The notes under the pieces: generated by a model
What the model was told of the DNA's origin: nothing
The model's database searches: none
What the model saw: only the letters and a program-made list of their open reading frames with translations
Assembly: GCA_000388065.2 (NCBI GenBank)
Contig: KB932207.1
DNA: 64,000 bases
Strand: one strand, 5' to 3'
From: Fonticula alba ATCC 38817
Taxonomy: Eukaryota; Protista; Nucleariida
Program-made: the position numbers and the translations under genes
Shown: piece after piece, positions 35,721-49,100 of the stretch
Position numbering within the stretch: position 1 is the stretch's first letter
Layout of the letters: the number at the start of each line of letters is the position of its first letter

Positions 35721-37613
35721 ATGCGTGGTGGAGGTCGATCTGGTGGCGATGATGGCATGATCAGCGGGGCGCGCTTCGAGTCGAACTCGTATTCCGGGTC
35801 CTCGTCCCATCACTTTGACTCCGGTGGCACCAACTACTCCGGGAGCAGTAGCAGTGCCAGTTGCTCCTGCTGCGCGGTTTCCCCGGTCAGCGCTGCGTAC
35901 TGTTGCCTGGTGCGAAGATCGTCGTACGTATGACCCGGTGTCGAGGGTGTCTTTTGGCTGTGTTTGTGTGCATCTGTGTGCATCTGTGTGCATCTGTGTG
36001 CATCTGTGTGCATCCGTGTGCATCTGTGTGCATATGTGTACATCTGTCTTCCTGTGTACATATGTGTACATATGTGTTCCTGCATATCTCCTGTGCGCGG
36101 GCGGGTGGGTTTGGGAACACCCCGCACCTCCCTTTTCCTTTCCCCCGGCACCGCTGGCCCGCCACTGACCGAGGGCTCTTTCACCTGTCGGGGCGTTCCT
36201 GCCCGGGTGCGTGCCATGCACCCGGGCGCATGGCCCTCGCTCGGCTCAACGCACGCTTCTGCCACGCACACACACACACACACATACACCGGCGGACACA
36301 CATGCACGCACGCCGACAGGACCCTGCCCCGATCGGCGCTGGTGCCGCTGGTGGTCTCCATCTCCGGCTGCTGGTGGGGCTTGCTGCTGTCGTTTGTGGC
36401 GGTTCTGGGGTGTGTCATTGCCCTGCCGCTGTACACGTCGCGATCGTGGTCCCTCCCGCCGGCGGGGACATTCAAAATCGAAGTGAACCCCCGGTTTTAC
36501 AACGGGGTGACGCACCGGTCCGGCCCGGATGTCGAGATGTACTTCACGCCGGCGGCCGAGGGGTCGCCCACGCGCGTCAGCACACTGACCGGGGACATGG
36601 CCACCGAACTGCAGAGCCCCCTGGCCCTGTACTACCGCGCGGTGGAGGTCCACGTGCCGGCCGGCGGGCAGGTTGTTTCGATTTTGTCCAGCGAGGCGTC
36701 CTGCCCGCTGGACTACCTCATCATCCAGGGGACCTACAACTTCGAGGACTGGCAGGAGGGCGAGTGGATCTCCTACGAGTATGAGGGCACCTTGGAGCCG
36801 GGGAAGCCGCTGGTGCACACGCTGACGGCCACCCGGTCGGGGTACTACTTCTTCGTGGTGTTCAATGACTCGATGGGGTCCTGCCCCCGGGCGCCGGTCT
36901 TCATGCAGCTGTCGGCGGATTTGCCGGCGTACCGGCTGTCTCCGAGCCGGCAGATGGCCCTCGGCCAGCTGGTCCCGGTGTCGGACGAGCAGCCGGGCCT
37001 GGCGTCGATCATCGTCCGGAGCATGGCCGAGGTGAGGTATTACAATGCGCAGGTGGCCTACTCCCGGCGTCCGGGGGCTTTGGATTTGTTGCTCGGCCTG
37101 GCCATCGGCCTGCCGCTGGGGCTGACGGCTGTCATTGTGGTGGTCGGCCTGGTGGTGCACTGGGTGAGGGCCCACCGGAGCCGGGTCTCGCGACGCCGGC
37201 AGAACCCGGGCGACCACGAGCTGGGTGCCGTGCTGGGGATCGGCTACCTGGAGGGCCTGTACCCGGTGTCCACGCAGCAGGGCTCCCCCTCGCCGGTGGG
37301 TCCGGCGGCGCAGGCGAAGATGCATCCGGCCGGCGGGGCGCCCGGCGCGCCGGACGAGCAGGACATGGAGTCGCCTGACTCGCCGATCGGGGTCTTTTCG
37401 TGGGAATCCCACGGCGAGGCCCATGGCGCGGCGCCCGACCGCCCGGCCGGGGAGGATCCGCCCGGCCCGGGGCATGGCGTGCCCCCGGCGGGGACGATGC
37501 CGGCCGGCTGGGCAGCCGGCGATCTGTCCCTGGGGCAGCAAATGGACGACCCGCCGCCGCCGTACTCGCCAGAGCCGCCGCCTTCCTCGGGTGGCGACTG
37601 GTCCAAGTACTGA
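35721..37613 (+). CDS. 2-TM membrane protein, paralog A (APD-like luminal domain, C-terminal PPxY and WSKY); exons 35721-35923 and 36320-37613
   Basis: A phase-2 GTACGT..CAG intron keeps frame. TM1 is CWWGLLLSFVAVLGCVIALPLY and TM2 is LLLGLAIGLPLGLTAVIVVVGLVV. The protein ends DDPPPPYSPEPPPSSGGDWSKY*. Strong similarity to paralogs B and C. Confidence 0.85.
35965..36044. repeat. 10-bp tandem repeat (TGTGTGCATC)n in the intron of paralog A
   Basis: About 8 units read directly. Confidence 0.85.
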
Positions 37614-38485
37614 AGCGCGAGTGGCACCTGTACTGACGGTGGATTGTGTTTCTTGCGCGTGTGTGTGCGCGCGCGCGCCTTCCAAGTGGGGATGGCGCGT
37701 GTGCGCGGTGCCGTTGGTGTGGCTGGTCATGCTGGGGCAGTGGTGTACGGCGGGGAGATGTGGGATGCCCTCGCTCTCCCTCTGCCTTGCTTGCACCCCC
37801 CCCCCCTCTCCCTCTGGTGGGGCTGTGAGGCGACGGGGGGCCCCGTGTCCATGTGGAGGTCGGGGGTGTGGGTGTTGCTGTTTGACCGACGGCCGGCGAC
37901 AGTATCCGACTCAAGGGGGGGGGGGAGCCCTGCTGGTGGCCGGGGAGGGACGCGTCGCCGGTCGCCGCACCAGGGTTCCTCTAGGGCGAGGAGGGCTCTC
38001 CTCCGGGGGAGGGGCGAGAAGAAGTGTGTGCGTGTGTGTGTTTGATCCGCCGCGACTGCGCACGGACCCGAGAGCCGCATGGGGCCGGGGCTCAATTGGA
38101 AGGGCCCTGCGGCGACTCGTGGGGCGACTTGTGGCAACGGGGAGTCACTCAGGGTGCCAAGTGCTGGGGCAGGGAGGAGGAAAGAAGCCGCGGGATTTTC
38201 CGGCACGAGGTGCTGACGCGCGCTTGTGTGGGCGTGCAGCCCCGTGTGCGCGCGAGTGTCTGTATGTGTCTATGTGTGTCCATGCGTGTTCATGTGTGCG
38301 TATGTGTTCATATGTGTCTCTCTCTCTCTCTCTCTCTGTTTCTGTGTGGAGTTCACCGGGTGTGCCTGCTTCAGGTCGCCTCGCACTCTGCCCCCTCCCC
38401 CGGATGAAGGGTGAGCGCCTGTGCCCTGCAAGCGAGGCAGGGAAAAGGCACATATTCCCGTGGTGGAGCCGGGCTCCTCAAGAAA

Positions 38486-38557
38486 GGGGGCTTAGCTCAG
38501 TGGTAGAGCACTCGACTCCAGATCGAGCGGTCAGTGGTTCGATCCCTCTAGTCCCCA
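38486..38557 (+). tRNA. tRNA-Trp(CCA)
   Basis: Acceptor GGGGGCT/AGTCCCC, anticodon arm CTCGA-CTCCAGA-TCGAG, T-loop TTCGATC (one T-T mismatch in the T-stem). Confidence 0.9.
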
Positions 38558-38669
38558 TTTCCTTTTGCCAGCCATGTTTTTTTGTGTCGCCAGCCCGGGT
38601 GCGGGAGACCTCCGGCCCGGGGCCATAATGCGGCTCGACAAAAGCATCCCCGCGTCGGGCGTTTGTCAG

Positions 38670-38751
38670 ATCACCGTGTCCGAGTGGTTAAGGAGTCCGA
38701 TTAGAAATCGGATGGGCTCTGCCCGCGTAGGTTCAAATCCTGCCGGTGATG
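38670..38751 (+). tRNA. tRNA-Ser(AGA)
   Basis: Acceptor ATCACCG/CGGTGAT, anticodon arm TCCGA-TTAGAAA-TCGGA, long variable arm GGGCTCTGCCC, G discriminator. Confidence 0.94.
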
Positions 38752-39693
38752 CATCTTCACTTTTGCGCCGGCAAGGGTGTCTGCTTTTGGAGGCGGCCGC
38801 GTGGCACTTCCGCGGGTGTGAGAAGAGAGCACCGAGAGAGAGAGAGAGAGAGAGAGAGTGAGAGAAGCAGACCATTTGCGTGTCCGCACGGGTGTGTCTC
38901 CGGAACCGGGGAAGCCCGGCGGCGGGGCAGAGCGTGCATGTTCCTTTTCCCTGCGCCGTGGGGCCGTCTGCGGGCCCGGCACTGCTCCCGGGAGGCGGCG
39001 CCGCCCTTCTCGGCCGGTGGAGCGGGCGCGGGGGTCGAGTGCGCGGCGTTTGCGCCTGATCGGGGCGCAGCTCGGTGTGGTTGCCGGGTGGACGCCCTTC
39101 GAGCCGGGGGGGAAGTGTGGCTGGGCCGACGGAGCGCGTGTCGGGGCCGGCCGACTGGCTTGTGCGGCGTCTTCCCTTTCTGGGGGGGGGGGGAACCACG
39201 CGCCCGGGGCTGCGCAAGTGCGCGGGCGGGCCGCCTGGAGGGTGGTGTCCGCCGCTTGGACGGCCCTCGGGAGGTGGCTGCGCCGCGCGCCGCCGGCGGT
39301 GCGTTCTTGTCCTGGAGGCCGGCGCCGGCGGTGCGGCGAGTGGCCCCCCGGTGGACTGAAAGAGTTGCCCCGGGCCGCGGCCGGGCGGAGCTGCATATAT
39401 GCCGGGACTCGGTTCCCCGGTCGCGGGCTGGCCGGCACCTGGGCCCCTTTTTGTGGCGGGATCTCCGGCAAGTGGCGTGTGCCGCGCGGCCGCCATCGGC
39501 CGGGTCAGCTCCTGCTGTTTGAGCTGGCGGGCTGTTCCCCCCCCCCCCCCCGGGATCTGGCCTGTGGCGCCCTCTCAGGCCCCCGCGCCCCCCCCACTTC
39601 GGGGCTGGGCGATGTGCCAGGCGCGGCCCAGTGCGTGTGGGATGCCCAGTGCGGGGGAATGTCAGCTGCCGACTCATGGCCCTTTCGTGGGCA

Positions 39694-39766
39694 TCCCATA
39701 TAGTCTAGGTGGTTAGGATACGTGGCTCTCACCCACGAGACCCGGGTTCGAGTCCCGGTATGGGAA
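39694..39766 (+). tRNA. tRNA-Glu(CTC)
   Basis: Acceptor TCCCATA/TATGGGA, anticodon arm CGTGG-CTCTCAC-CCACG, T-loop TTCGAGT. Confidence 0.94.
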
Positions 39767-40328
39767 CTCCCTTTTTGTCTTGTGCGTGCGAGGGGTGGGA
39801 GCGTGTACTCGTCGTCGATGCACCCGAGGAGTGGAGGGCGGGCCCTTGTGGTCGCCGGTGTCGGACTGCCGGCCCTCGGGCCGAGCGCCGCCGGAGCCGG
39901 CTCCAGCTGGAGAAAGCCCCCCCTCCCCCTTTGCCGGCGGCCCCTCCTCCTCTGGGGGGTGGGGGGGGATCGTGCCCCGGCGCGCCCTTTCAGCCGCGAT
40001 TTTCCTGCAGGGGATGGTTGGCGCCTTGCTGCCTGTGGGCCCCTGGGCTCTCTCGGGCTGTGGTTGTGGCTGGGGGGTCCTGTGTGACGGGAGTCCGAAT
40101 GGGGCGCGGAGGGTGGCCCCTCGGCCCTTGTCCGCGGACGATGGGGCTCTGTGCATGTGCATTGTGCGGCGCGTCGTGTGCTCGGGGGCAACTCCGTTGC
40201 CCGGGGGGGGGCCGCACGCCGGCGCGTGTAGCCGCGTGTCATCAGTGGGATCTGCCAGCCCAGGCACCCAGTGTTCGAGCATTCCTCACTGACAAATACC
40301 CCTTGGACCTGGCGGTCTTCAGGCTTCG

Positions 40329-40399
40329 GCGTCGATGGTTTAGTGGTAGAATTGCCGCCTGCCACGCGGTAGACCCGGGTTCGATTCCCGGTCGACGCA
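40329..40399 (+). tRNA. tRNA-Gly(GCC), copy 2
   Basis: Identical to 32757-32827. Confidence 0.95.
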
Positions 40400-40503
40400 A
40401 GCCTTCTCTTTTGGCTCCCTCCGCCGGTTTGCATTTCGACCGGGCTGCTGCCCTTTTTTCTCGCTCCCAGTAGGCGGCGGGGCGCGCGGGCGTGTGTGTG
40501 TGC

Positions 40504-40554
<51 letters not shown>

Positions 40555-41097
40555 GCTACCAGAATGAGCCGGGCCCGATGTCCGGCGCGGGGCAACGCCG
40601 GGGACTGCCGGCGTGCGAATGGCGCCCGGGGATCCCCGGGCGGCAGGCGGTCGCGCGCGCCGGGCACATGGCTCCAGTGGGCCGGCCGATCGTCGAGAAC
40701 GGATGAGCCCTCTTGTACGGTGCCTGCCTGGGGGTCTTCCCTTGGTGCCTTGCTTGGGCGAGGGGGGGCTGTCCGGTCTCGGCCAAAAGCGTGGCAAGAA
40801 CAGCAGAAGGAGCAGAAACAGCGGGACGCTGCCCGACCTTATGTTCCCTGGATGTGGGCCTGGGCTGCCCCCCCCCCCCCCCCCCCCGGCGCGGGAGGTC
40901 TCCTTCTCGCGGGAAGCGGGAGGGCCGCCGCTCACCGGGAGGGGTCTCTCAGGAGGAGGATGCCTCGGGTGTGGCTCCTTCTGGGGGCGAGACGCGCGCC
41001 GGGCACACTGGCCTGCTCGGGGGTGGGAGCCCGAAGGCCGGGTGCCCCGGTGCCGAACGTCTAGATGGACGGCAGACGGCGGAGGGCGTAGTGACCG

Positions 41098-41171
41098 GGC
41101 CCCATAGCTCAGTTGGTTAGAGCGTCGTGCTAATAACGCGAAGGTCGTCAGTTCGATCCTGGCTGGGGCCA
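41098..41171 (+). tRNA. tRNA-Ile(AAT), copy 1
   Basis: Acceptor GGCCCCA/TGGGGCC, anticodon arm TCGTG-CTAATAA-CGCGA, T-loop TTCGATC. Confidence 0.95.
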
Positions 41172-41910
41172 TTTCTCTTTTGTCGCTGGGGCGGGTTTTC
41201 CCAGGTGCCCCCTGGGCGAAGAGCCGAGAGCACCGCGCCGAGGAGAGGCCGGGGGGGGGATGCACGCCGCCCGCCGGTGCCGTCGGAGGAGGGGCCGCAG
41301 AGCGCGCCCGAAGGGCGGCGGGAAAAGGGGGACGCGGGGGGCCCTGGGGCGGAGAGGCCCTCTCCCCCCCCTCGGGCTGGAGCACACGACCAGAGCGCGA
41401 GGCCGAGGCGGGACGCGTCCAGGCAGCTGCCCACGAAGCAGCGGCCCCCAGCGAGGCGTATCGGGCAGGCGCCGCGGCCGGCCCCGGCTGAGTCTCAAGC
41501 GGGGGGGGGGTGCTTTCCGCCGCGGCCGGCGGTTGCCCAGTGGGGTCAGGCGGCGTCCTGGGTCCCTCCCGCCGGGGGGGGCGGCGCAGATCGGCAAGAT
41601 CCAACTCGGGGGCATTGGCTGCCCCTTTGGATGGCCCGGCTCCGAGGGCGGTCCGAGGGCGAGGAGCGGCGCCCGGACGGCCGCGGTGGCGGACACACAC
41701 CCACACAGAGGGCATAAAAGCCCCCTGGTCGGCGGGGGCGACCCCGGTCGGTGGCACGTCCGGCAACGACCTCCCCCCCACGCCCCTCCCCCCTCCCCTC
41801 CTCCCCTCCACGCCTCCCCACGCCTCCCTCTCCACCTCCCCCTCCTCTTCACACCGCTCTCGCCCTCGCTCCGGCTCTCGGACCTCCCCGATCGTCTCCC
41901 ACTACGAAGC

Positions 41911-42193
41911 ATGCTGGGCGGAGATCGATCCGGCGGCGATGATGGCGGCGGCATGAGCAGCGGCGTGTACGGCGGCTCGGACTCCTGCTCCGACACGTCC
42001 GGCTACTATCACACGTCGGATGGGGCGTACGAGTCCTCCTCCAGCGACTGCCGGTGCACCTGCCTCGATGTGACCCTGCCGAATGCCTTCTACTGTATGG
42101 TGGTGTCCTGGAACAGGTGGGTCCTTGGTGTGGGGGTGGTTTTTTTTCCCTGTGGTGTCCCCCCCCCCCGGGGTTCATCCTCCCTCCCTCCCT

Positions 42194-42224
<31 letters not shown>

Positions 42225-43557
42225 CCCCTGCCCCGCCTTGACCGCCCGCTGACCGACTCTCCTACTTCTTGGGCAATCCCTGTCGGGCGCTCGCGGCCCT
42301 TGGCGGGGGTTTTCCGCGGCGGGACACAGCTCCCTGCCCCGATCGCTGCTCAAGCTCAGGGTCCTCGGGATCGCGGCCTGCTGGTGGGGGCTCATCCTGT
42401 CCATTGTGGCGGCCCTGTCCTGTGTGCTCTTCCTGCCGCTGTACACGTCCAAATCGTGGTCCCTGTCGCCGGGGGGGACCTTCAAGATCGAGGTCAACCC
42501 CCGGTTCTTCGACGGGGTCACCCACCTGTCCGGGGCCGAGGCCGAGATGTACTTCACCCCGGCCGAGGAGGGCCCCCCGGGGCGCGTCAGCATGCTGACC
42601 ACCGACATGGTGTCCGAGCTGCACAGCCCGTCGGCGCAGTATTATCGCGCGTTCGAGCTCCACCTGCCGGCCGGGGGCCAGGTCGCGTCGGTTCTGTCCG
42701 GGAATGTGCCCTGTCCACTGACCTACCTCATCATCCAGGGGTGGTACAATTATGACCAGTGGCGGTACGGGGAATGGGCGCCGGTGGTGTTCCAGGCTAC
42801 GCTCTTCGCCGGGCATCCGATCACACACACCCTGCTGTCGTACGAGACGGATTCCTACTTTTTCGTGGTCTTCAACAGCTCGCATGGGGCCTGCCCCACG
42901 GTGCCGCTGTTCATGCAGCTGTCGCCGGAGGTGCCGGCATACCGCCTGTCGCCGAGCCGGCGAATGGCCCTGGGCCAGGAGACGGCCGTGCCGGCCGGCC
43001 ATGCTGGCATGGCGTCGGTCATCGTCCACACCAAGAGCGCGCTGCGGTATTATGACGTGCGGCTGGGGTACTCCCGGCGCCCGGGCGAGCTGGATGTCAT
43101 GCTTGGCTTGAGCATCGGCCTGCCAGCCGGGCTGGGGGCCCTGCTTGCGGTCATCTGCTGGACGGTGTTGCATGTGAAGGTGGCCCAGAGGCGGCGACTG
43201 GCCGGTGGGCCGGCCTGGCAGCAGGTGTCGCCGGATGACGGGGGCGCCGGTGCTGCCCCGACTCCGGGGTGCCCTCCGGCCGGCGGTGCGGCATACGGGC
43301 ATGCCGGCCGGTCGGCGGACTTGTCGCCGGCTCCGGCCGATGGGTGGCCCGATGTGGCGCATGATCCTCTGCTGGGAGGGCTGCCGGCGGGTTTGGCGAC
43401 ATCCCGGCCGGGGTCGCCTGGCATGCCGGCGTATGGCGCGACGGGGCAAAGCTGGGCCTGCGACGGGGCGCCGCTGGACTTTGCCGCGGCCGAGCCCCCG
43501 CCGCCGTACTCGGCCGAGCAGTCATCCTCCTCAAATGTGGGATGGTCCAAATACTGA
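41911..43557 (+). CDS. 2-TM membrane protein, paralog B; exons 41911-42116 and 42330-43557
   Basis: A phase-2 intron sits at the same position as in A and C. Motifs: CWWGLILSIVAALSCVLFLPLYTSKSWSLSPGGTFKIEVNPRFFDGVT, CPLTYLIIQG, YFFVVFNS, YSRRPGELDVMLGLSIGLP. The protein ends EPPPPYSAEQSSSSNVGWSKY*. Confidence 0.85.
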
Positions 43558-43798
43558 CGTTCGTGGGCCCGGTGGCTGGATTCCTTTGAAATGCACCTGG
43601 CCGAGAGGTTGTCTGTGGCCTGGGAGCTGGCGGGGGGGGGGGGGGGGGTTCCCCCCTTTTACAGATGGCAGTACATTCCGGGTGCCCGCGCGCGCGCGAT
43701 CGGGACCACATCTGTTTGTGAGTTGTCCCTCGCGGCCTCAAAGCGGAAACATGGGCCTGCGAGGAGGAGGGACGCAAGGGGATGGTTCGCATAGGTGT

Positions 43799-43852
<54 letters not shown>

Positions 43853-43989
43853 CTCATCGTCGTGGCGTTGGTCGGTGCAGGGGCCGCAACCAAGTGGGGT
43901 GTGCATGAGTCTGCTTTTGTGTATGTATGTATGTGTGTGTGTATGCATGTTAATGTGTGCATGTTAATGTGTGTTTGTGTTTATGTGTG

Positions 43990-44240
43990 TGTATACCTGT
44001 ATACCCGTGTAATTGTGTTCCTGTATACTTGTGTACTTATGTACCTGTGTATTTGTGCACCCGTATCCCTGTGTACCTGTGTATTTGTGCACCCGTATCC
44101 CTGCGTACCTGTGTATTTGTGCACCCGTATCCCTGTGCACCTGTGCACCTGTGCACCTGTGCACCTGTGCACCTATGCACCTGTGCACCTGTGTACTTGT
44201 GTACCTGTGCACCCGTGTCCCTGTGCACTTGTGTACCTGT
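43990..44240. repeat. Hierarchical minisatellite: three 32-bp units followed by (CCTGTGCA)n 8-mers, downstream of paralog B
   Basis: GTACCTGTGTATTTGTGCACCCGTATCCCTGT occurs three times from 44041; about 7 8-mers follow. Confidence 0.8.
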
Positions 44241-44792
44241 GTGTGTGGCCAGGTGGGCTTCGCATGCTGGCCGATCGGCCGCTTCTCCGAGCCGGCCGCG
44301 CGCCGGGCCCTCGAAGGACCTGTCTCGGGTGAAGGAGCACACCATGGCCGTGTGGCCGGGTGACGCAGAGGGCCGGGGGGCGTGGGCCTCTGGCAAGAGG
44401 TGGGCCGGACTCCCGCCTCCCGTGTTGCAGGCCCCCCCCTCCCTCCACGGCCCCGGGCCTTGCTGCGATTCCTCTCCCGATGGGGTTCGTGGCGTCGTGA
44501 GGGTCTCTCCCGTGGCGGGACGGCCCTTTGCGCCGGCCACGGCCTTTTGCCGGGACCTTTCCCCGTCGTTTGCTCTCCGGGGCTGGCGGGGCAATGTCAG
44601 CGGGCATGCGCGTGCCGGGCTCGCCCTCCGGAGCGGGGGGCTGGTGGGGGGATTGCTGCGACCGGCGCCGGGGCCGGTGCTGGGGCGAAGCTCGAGCGGC
44701 CCGGCTCCCTGGCCGCCGTGGGTGTCCCTCGGTGCAGGGCCGTCCGGAGCAGGGCGGCAGCAAAAGAGCCCCCGGGGCGTACCCGAGTCCAT

Positions 44793-44866
44793 GGCCCCAT
44801 AGCTCAGTTGGTTAGAGCGTCGTGCTAATAACGCGAAGGTCGTCAGTTCGATCCTGGCTGGGGCCA
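44793..44866 (+). tRNA. tRNA-Ile(AAT), copy 2
   Basis: Identical to 41098-41171. Confidence 0.95.
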
Positions 44867-45057
44867 GACTTGCTTTTTGCCGGGGGCTCCTCTTTCCCCG
44901 CCTCGCACGCGCCCCGGCCAGACGACCAACTGGCGAGGAGCAAGCAGCGCCCCACCTGGGCCTCCCCCCCCCCCCCTGCCCCATGGGTCTGCGAAGGGCA
45001 GTAGTTGCAGGGTGTATTTGTTGAGGCTAGGCACATCCCGGGGTGGGTGTGTGCGTG

Positions 45058-46073
45058 TCAGGGCGCGGCCTGGCACGCGGCCGCCAGGCTGGCCGCCTGG
45101 GGGCGCTGCGCCGGGTCCGAATGCCACATCGAGGGCAGCATGTCCAGGGCCCAGGCGATCAGTGGGTCGTCGAGGTCCAGAACCGGCTGGGGGCCATGGG
45201 AATCCGGCCGCTGCTGGTGGTGCAAGACCGCGGCCGCCACGGCGGCGTGGGCGAGGCCTGGACGGGGAGGGGGGGGGGGGGGGGAGAGGGAGGCATGGTG
45301 TTAGGGGGAGGCAGCTCGCTGGAGGTGGGCGCCCGGAGGGGGGACGAGGGTCGGCGCACCGTTCCATGGGTGCTGGTGCGTCAGCAGGTGCCACGCCACC
45401 GAGGCCAAGGAGTAGACATCGGCCGCCAGGTGGCTGACGGCCTGCAGGTTGACCACCGTCTGGCCGAGGTTGCTAAGAATCTGCAGGGGGCAGCGCATGG
45501 GCAAGGGTCAGGGGCGCAGGGCGAGGGGCGCAGGGCGAGGGGCGGGGCACGCACCTCCGGCGCGGCGAAGAACACACTGCATGCGCCGGGCAGGACCGAG
45601 TCCAGGAGGGCCGACCCGCGGGACACGGCGACCGACACGCCGAAATCCGTGAACAGGGGCCGCATGCGCCCGGTCTCGGTGGACACCCCGACCAGGATGT
45701 TCTGGGACTTGATGTCGCGATGGGCCACGCCCTCGGCATGGATGAAAGCCAGCCCGGCGACTGGGGGCCGCGGATTGGGTGGTCAGCCGGGCAGGGGGGA
45801 GGGGGGGGGGGGGAGCGGGGGGGACAGGGCGAGGGTGGCAAGCGGGCGCATTTTGGGGGGCCATCCTGTCCCCCGGGGTCGAGGAGGCCGGGGAGCGAGC
45901 GTGCGACGTACACATGCCGCGTAGCAGTGCGCGAGCGTCCTCCAAGGCCACCGGCTCGCCGCGGTCCAGCAAGCTATTCAGGTCGGTCGGCTCGCGGCCG
46001 AGAATCAGCGCCGACGGGGCACTGGTATATCCAATCAGCCGGACGATGTTGGGCGAGGCCTGCAGGGCCCTGG

Positions 46074-46114
<41 letters not shown>

Positions 46115-49100
46115 CATGGATGTGCGTGGATGTGCGTGTTCGTGCATGGATGTGCATGTGCATGTGCATGTGCATGTGCATGTGCATGTGCATGTGCATG
46201 TGCATGTGCGTGGTGGGTTGGGCCGGGCGGGGTGAGCAGGGGGGCGGGGGTTGGCAGGCGCGCCAAGCGGACAAGGCGGACAACGCACCAGATGATGGAA
46301 AGCTCGTTGCGGAACATGATCTCGGCATGCTCAGCCGGCAGGGCGCCCGGCGTGCCGGCGGCTAGGAGCCCGGCGGTCGGCGGGTCAGTGACGGCAGGGC
46401 AGGTCAGGAGGGGGCCCGGGAGCGGATCCGGCCAGTGTCGAGTCGCGTACGGTGGAGCATCTTCAAGACAAGGGGCGCGCCCCGAGCCCTGTCCGCGAGG
46501 GCCGGCGTGACGGCCGTGGCGTCGAGGATGCGCGCCTGTGCCCCGGCTCCGACCTGCTGGTCGTCAGCCAGGCGGACGTCCTCATTGAGGGAAAAGAGCA
46601 AGAACCCCGGCACCGCGAGGTCTGCCAGGGCGCATGCGCCGCACAAAGCAAAGACGTTAGTGACCGGCCACCGCAGGGAGGGCCCCATGGGGCGTGGGCC
46701 ATGCTGGGTGGCTGTTTCTGGGCGTCGGCACGCACCGACTAGGGTGTTCATGACGGTCCGGTCGTCATCCTGGGCCGGTTGGGAGGTTAGCCGGGCGGAA
46801 GGGTCAGTTAGGGCCACGGGTGGTGCTTTGGGCATGTTCGTCTCTCTCTCTCTCCCCCCCCAACCGGGAAAGCGACGCACATCATTGATGTCGGTCTTGG
46901 CGAGGCCGGCAGCTTGGCGCTGGCGCCACATGCTGAAGAGCACCAGCGCGGCGGCCAGCAGCAGCAGCAGCAGCACCGTCACGCCGACGCCGACGCCGAT
47001 GGCCACGGACCGGGCTGTCGGGGCATCGTGTCCCGGAGCGAGAGCCGACGGGGGGGCGAGAGCGGGGGGGGGGGCGGATGGTGGAGGTGAGTAACTACGA
47101 GGGCCGGGGGCGCCCCGGGGCCGAAGGCCAGGGCGCACGAAGGCTGCCCGCGTGTCAGGAGGGGCGCGAGCGGGGGAGGCACGTACCCGAACGCGAGCAT
47201 GTCCCCTCGAACTGGCACCAGGTGGCCTGGCAGTGGCTGCCGGCCGGGCCGGTGCATGTGTGGCAGCCCTCGGCACAGGGGAGACAGACCCGGGCGTCGG
47301 GCGCCGGAGAGGTGACATCTTCGAAGAAGCCGCCCGGACAGACGGCCACGCAGGCCGGCTGCGGGCCGGTGACCAGGGCCAGGCCGGCCTGGCAGACGGT
47401 GCAGGCGGCCCGGTTGCAGGTCATGCAGCCGCTGACGCAGGGTCGGCACTTGGCCTGGGCCGTGTCCAGCCAGTAGCCGGCATCCGGGCACCGGGCCACA
47501 CAGCGCCCGGTCAGCAGGACCCGGTCGGGGAGCCTGCAGGCCAGGCAGCTGCCGGGCCCGGGGCCGGAGCAGCGAGCGCAGCTCGAGTCGCAGGCCAGGC
47601 AAAGGCCCTCCTCGGGGTAGGTCCCATCGGGGCAGGCTTCCAGGCAGGCGCCCTGGGCAAGGTACCGGCCGGGGGGGCATGCGTCGCAGGCGTGCGCATC
47701 GTCGGCGGTCAGGCAGCCGGCGCAGTGGGCATGGCAGGCCCGGCAGAGGGTGGCGTCATTGGCCGGGGGCGCCTCGCCCGGGGGGCAGGTGTCGACGCAC
47801 TGGCCGGCATCCGGGCGAAGCCGGGCCCCGGGGGCCGAGCAGGCGGTGCAATGGCCGGCGGCATGGCGGCAGCCGGCACACTCCGGCTGGCAGGGGGCGC
47901 AGGCGCCGGCGTCGTCGAACTGCCGGGCCGGGCAGGTCCCGGCACAGACGCCGGTCTGGAGGAGCACCAGCCCCGGGTCGCAGCGCAGGCACCGGGGCCC
48001 GGGCTGGCCGGGGGCGGCCTCGCACTCGGCGCAGCCGGCCTCGCAGGCGACACACGCCGGCGGCTCGTCACTGGTGGGGGCCATGCCGGCCGGGCAGGCG
48101 GCCGCGCAGCCGCCCTGCGGCAGGAGCAGCCACTCGGGCGTCCGGCAGGTGAGACACACGTGCGGGTGGTCGCATGTGGCGCAATCGGCGGCACACGGCC
48201 GGCAGGCGGCCTGGGGGATGTCGGCAAAGTGCCCGGCCGGGCAGGTGGCCATGCAGGCGAAGCCCCCCTCCGGGGCCGGGAGCCGGTAGCTGCCGCGCGG
48301 GCAGGACACGCACTGGTCCGGGCCCGGCCCGGTGCATTGGGAGCAGCTGGCATGGCACCGGCTGCAGCCGGTGCTCGAGGACTGGAACCACCCGACGGCG
48401 GAGCAGGCATCGCGGCACTCGCCGGCCTGGAGGAACCGGCCCGGCGGGCAGGACTGGCATTGGTTGCTGGCCGGGCCGAAGCAGGAATCCCCACAGGAGC
48501 TGGAGCACCGGGTGCAATAGCCGGACCCGGGGGGCAGGCCGTGGCCCGGCGGGCAGGCCGCCACACAGCGGCCATCCAGCGACACCAGCGGGTCGCGGCA
48601 TTCCAGGCAGAAGCTGCCCTCCTCGTCGGGGACCTTGCGACAGAGGACACAGTCATCCTCGCATTCGGCGCACTGGGACGGGTCATTGAGGCAGTCCGGC
48701 ACGCATTGGCCCACGGCCAGGGGCGGCTCCACCGGGGGGATGGGCTGGCGAATGACCAGCGGCGGGTCGCACGCGGTGCAGTCACTGGAGCCGGGCCCGG
48801 CGCACTCCTGGCAAAGGGGATGGCAGGCGAGGCACTGGGCCGGGGCGGTGTCGGCATCGAAGGTGCCACTTGGGCACTGGTCCACGCAGGCCCCATCGAG
48901 GAGGTGGTGCCCGGTCGAGCAGGCGGTGCAATTGGCCACCGACGTGCAGGTGGTGCAGTTGGCCGAGCAGGGGGAGCAGGCGCCGCCGGCGTCGTGGAAG
49001 TTCGGCGGGCAGCTGGACAGGCAGCCGCCTTCATGGAGCAGGTGGCCGGCGGTGCAGGCGGAGCAATTGGTGGAGGAGGTGCAGGAGGTGCAATTGGCCG

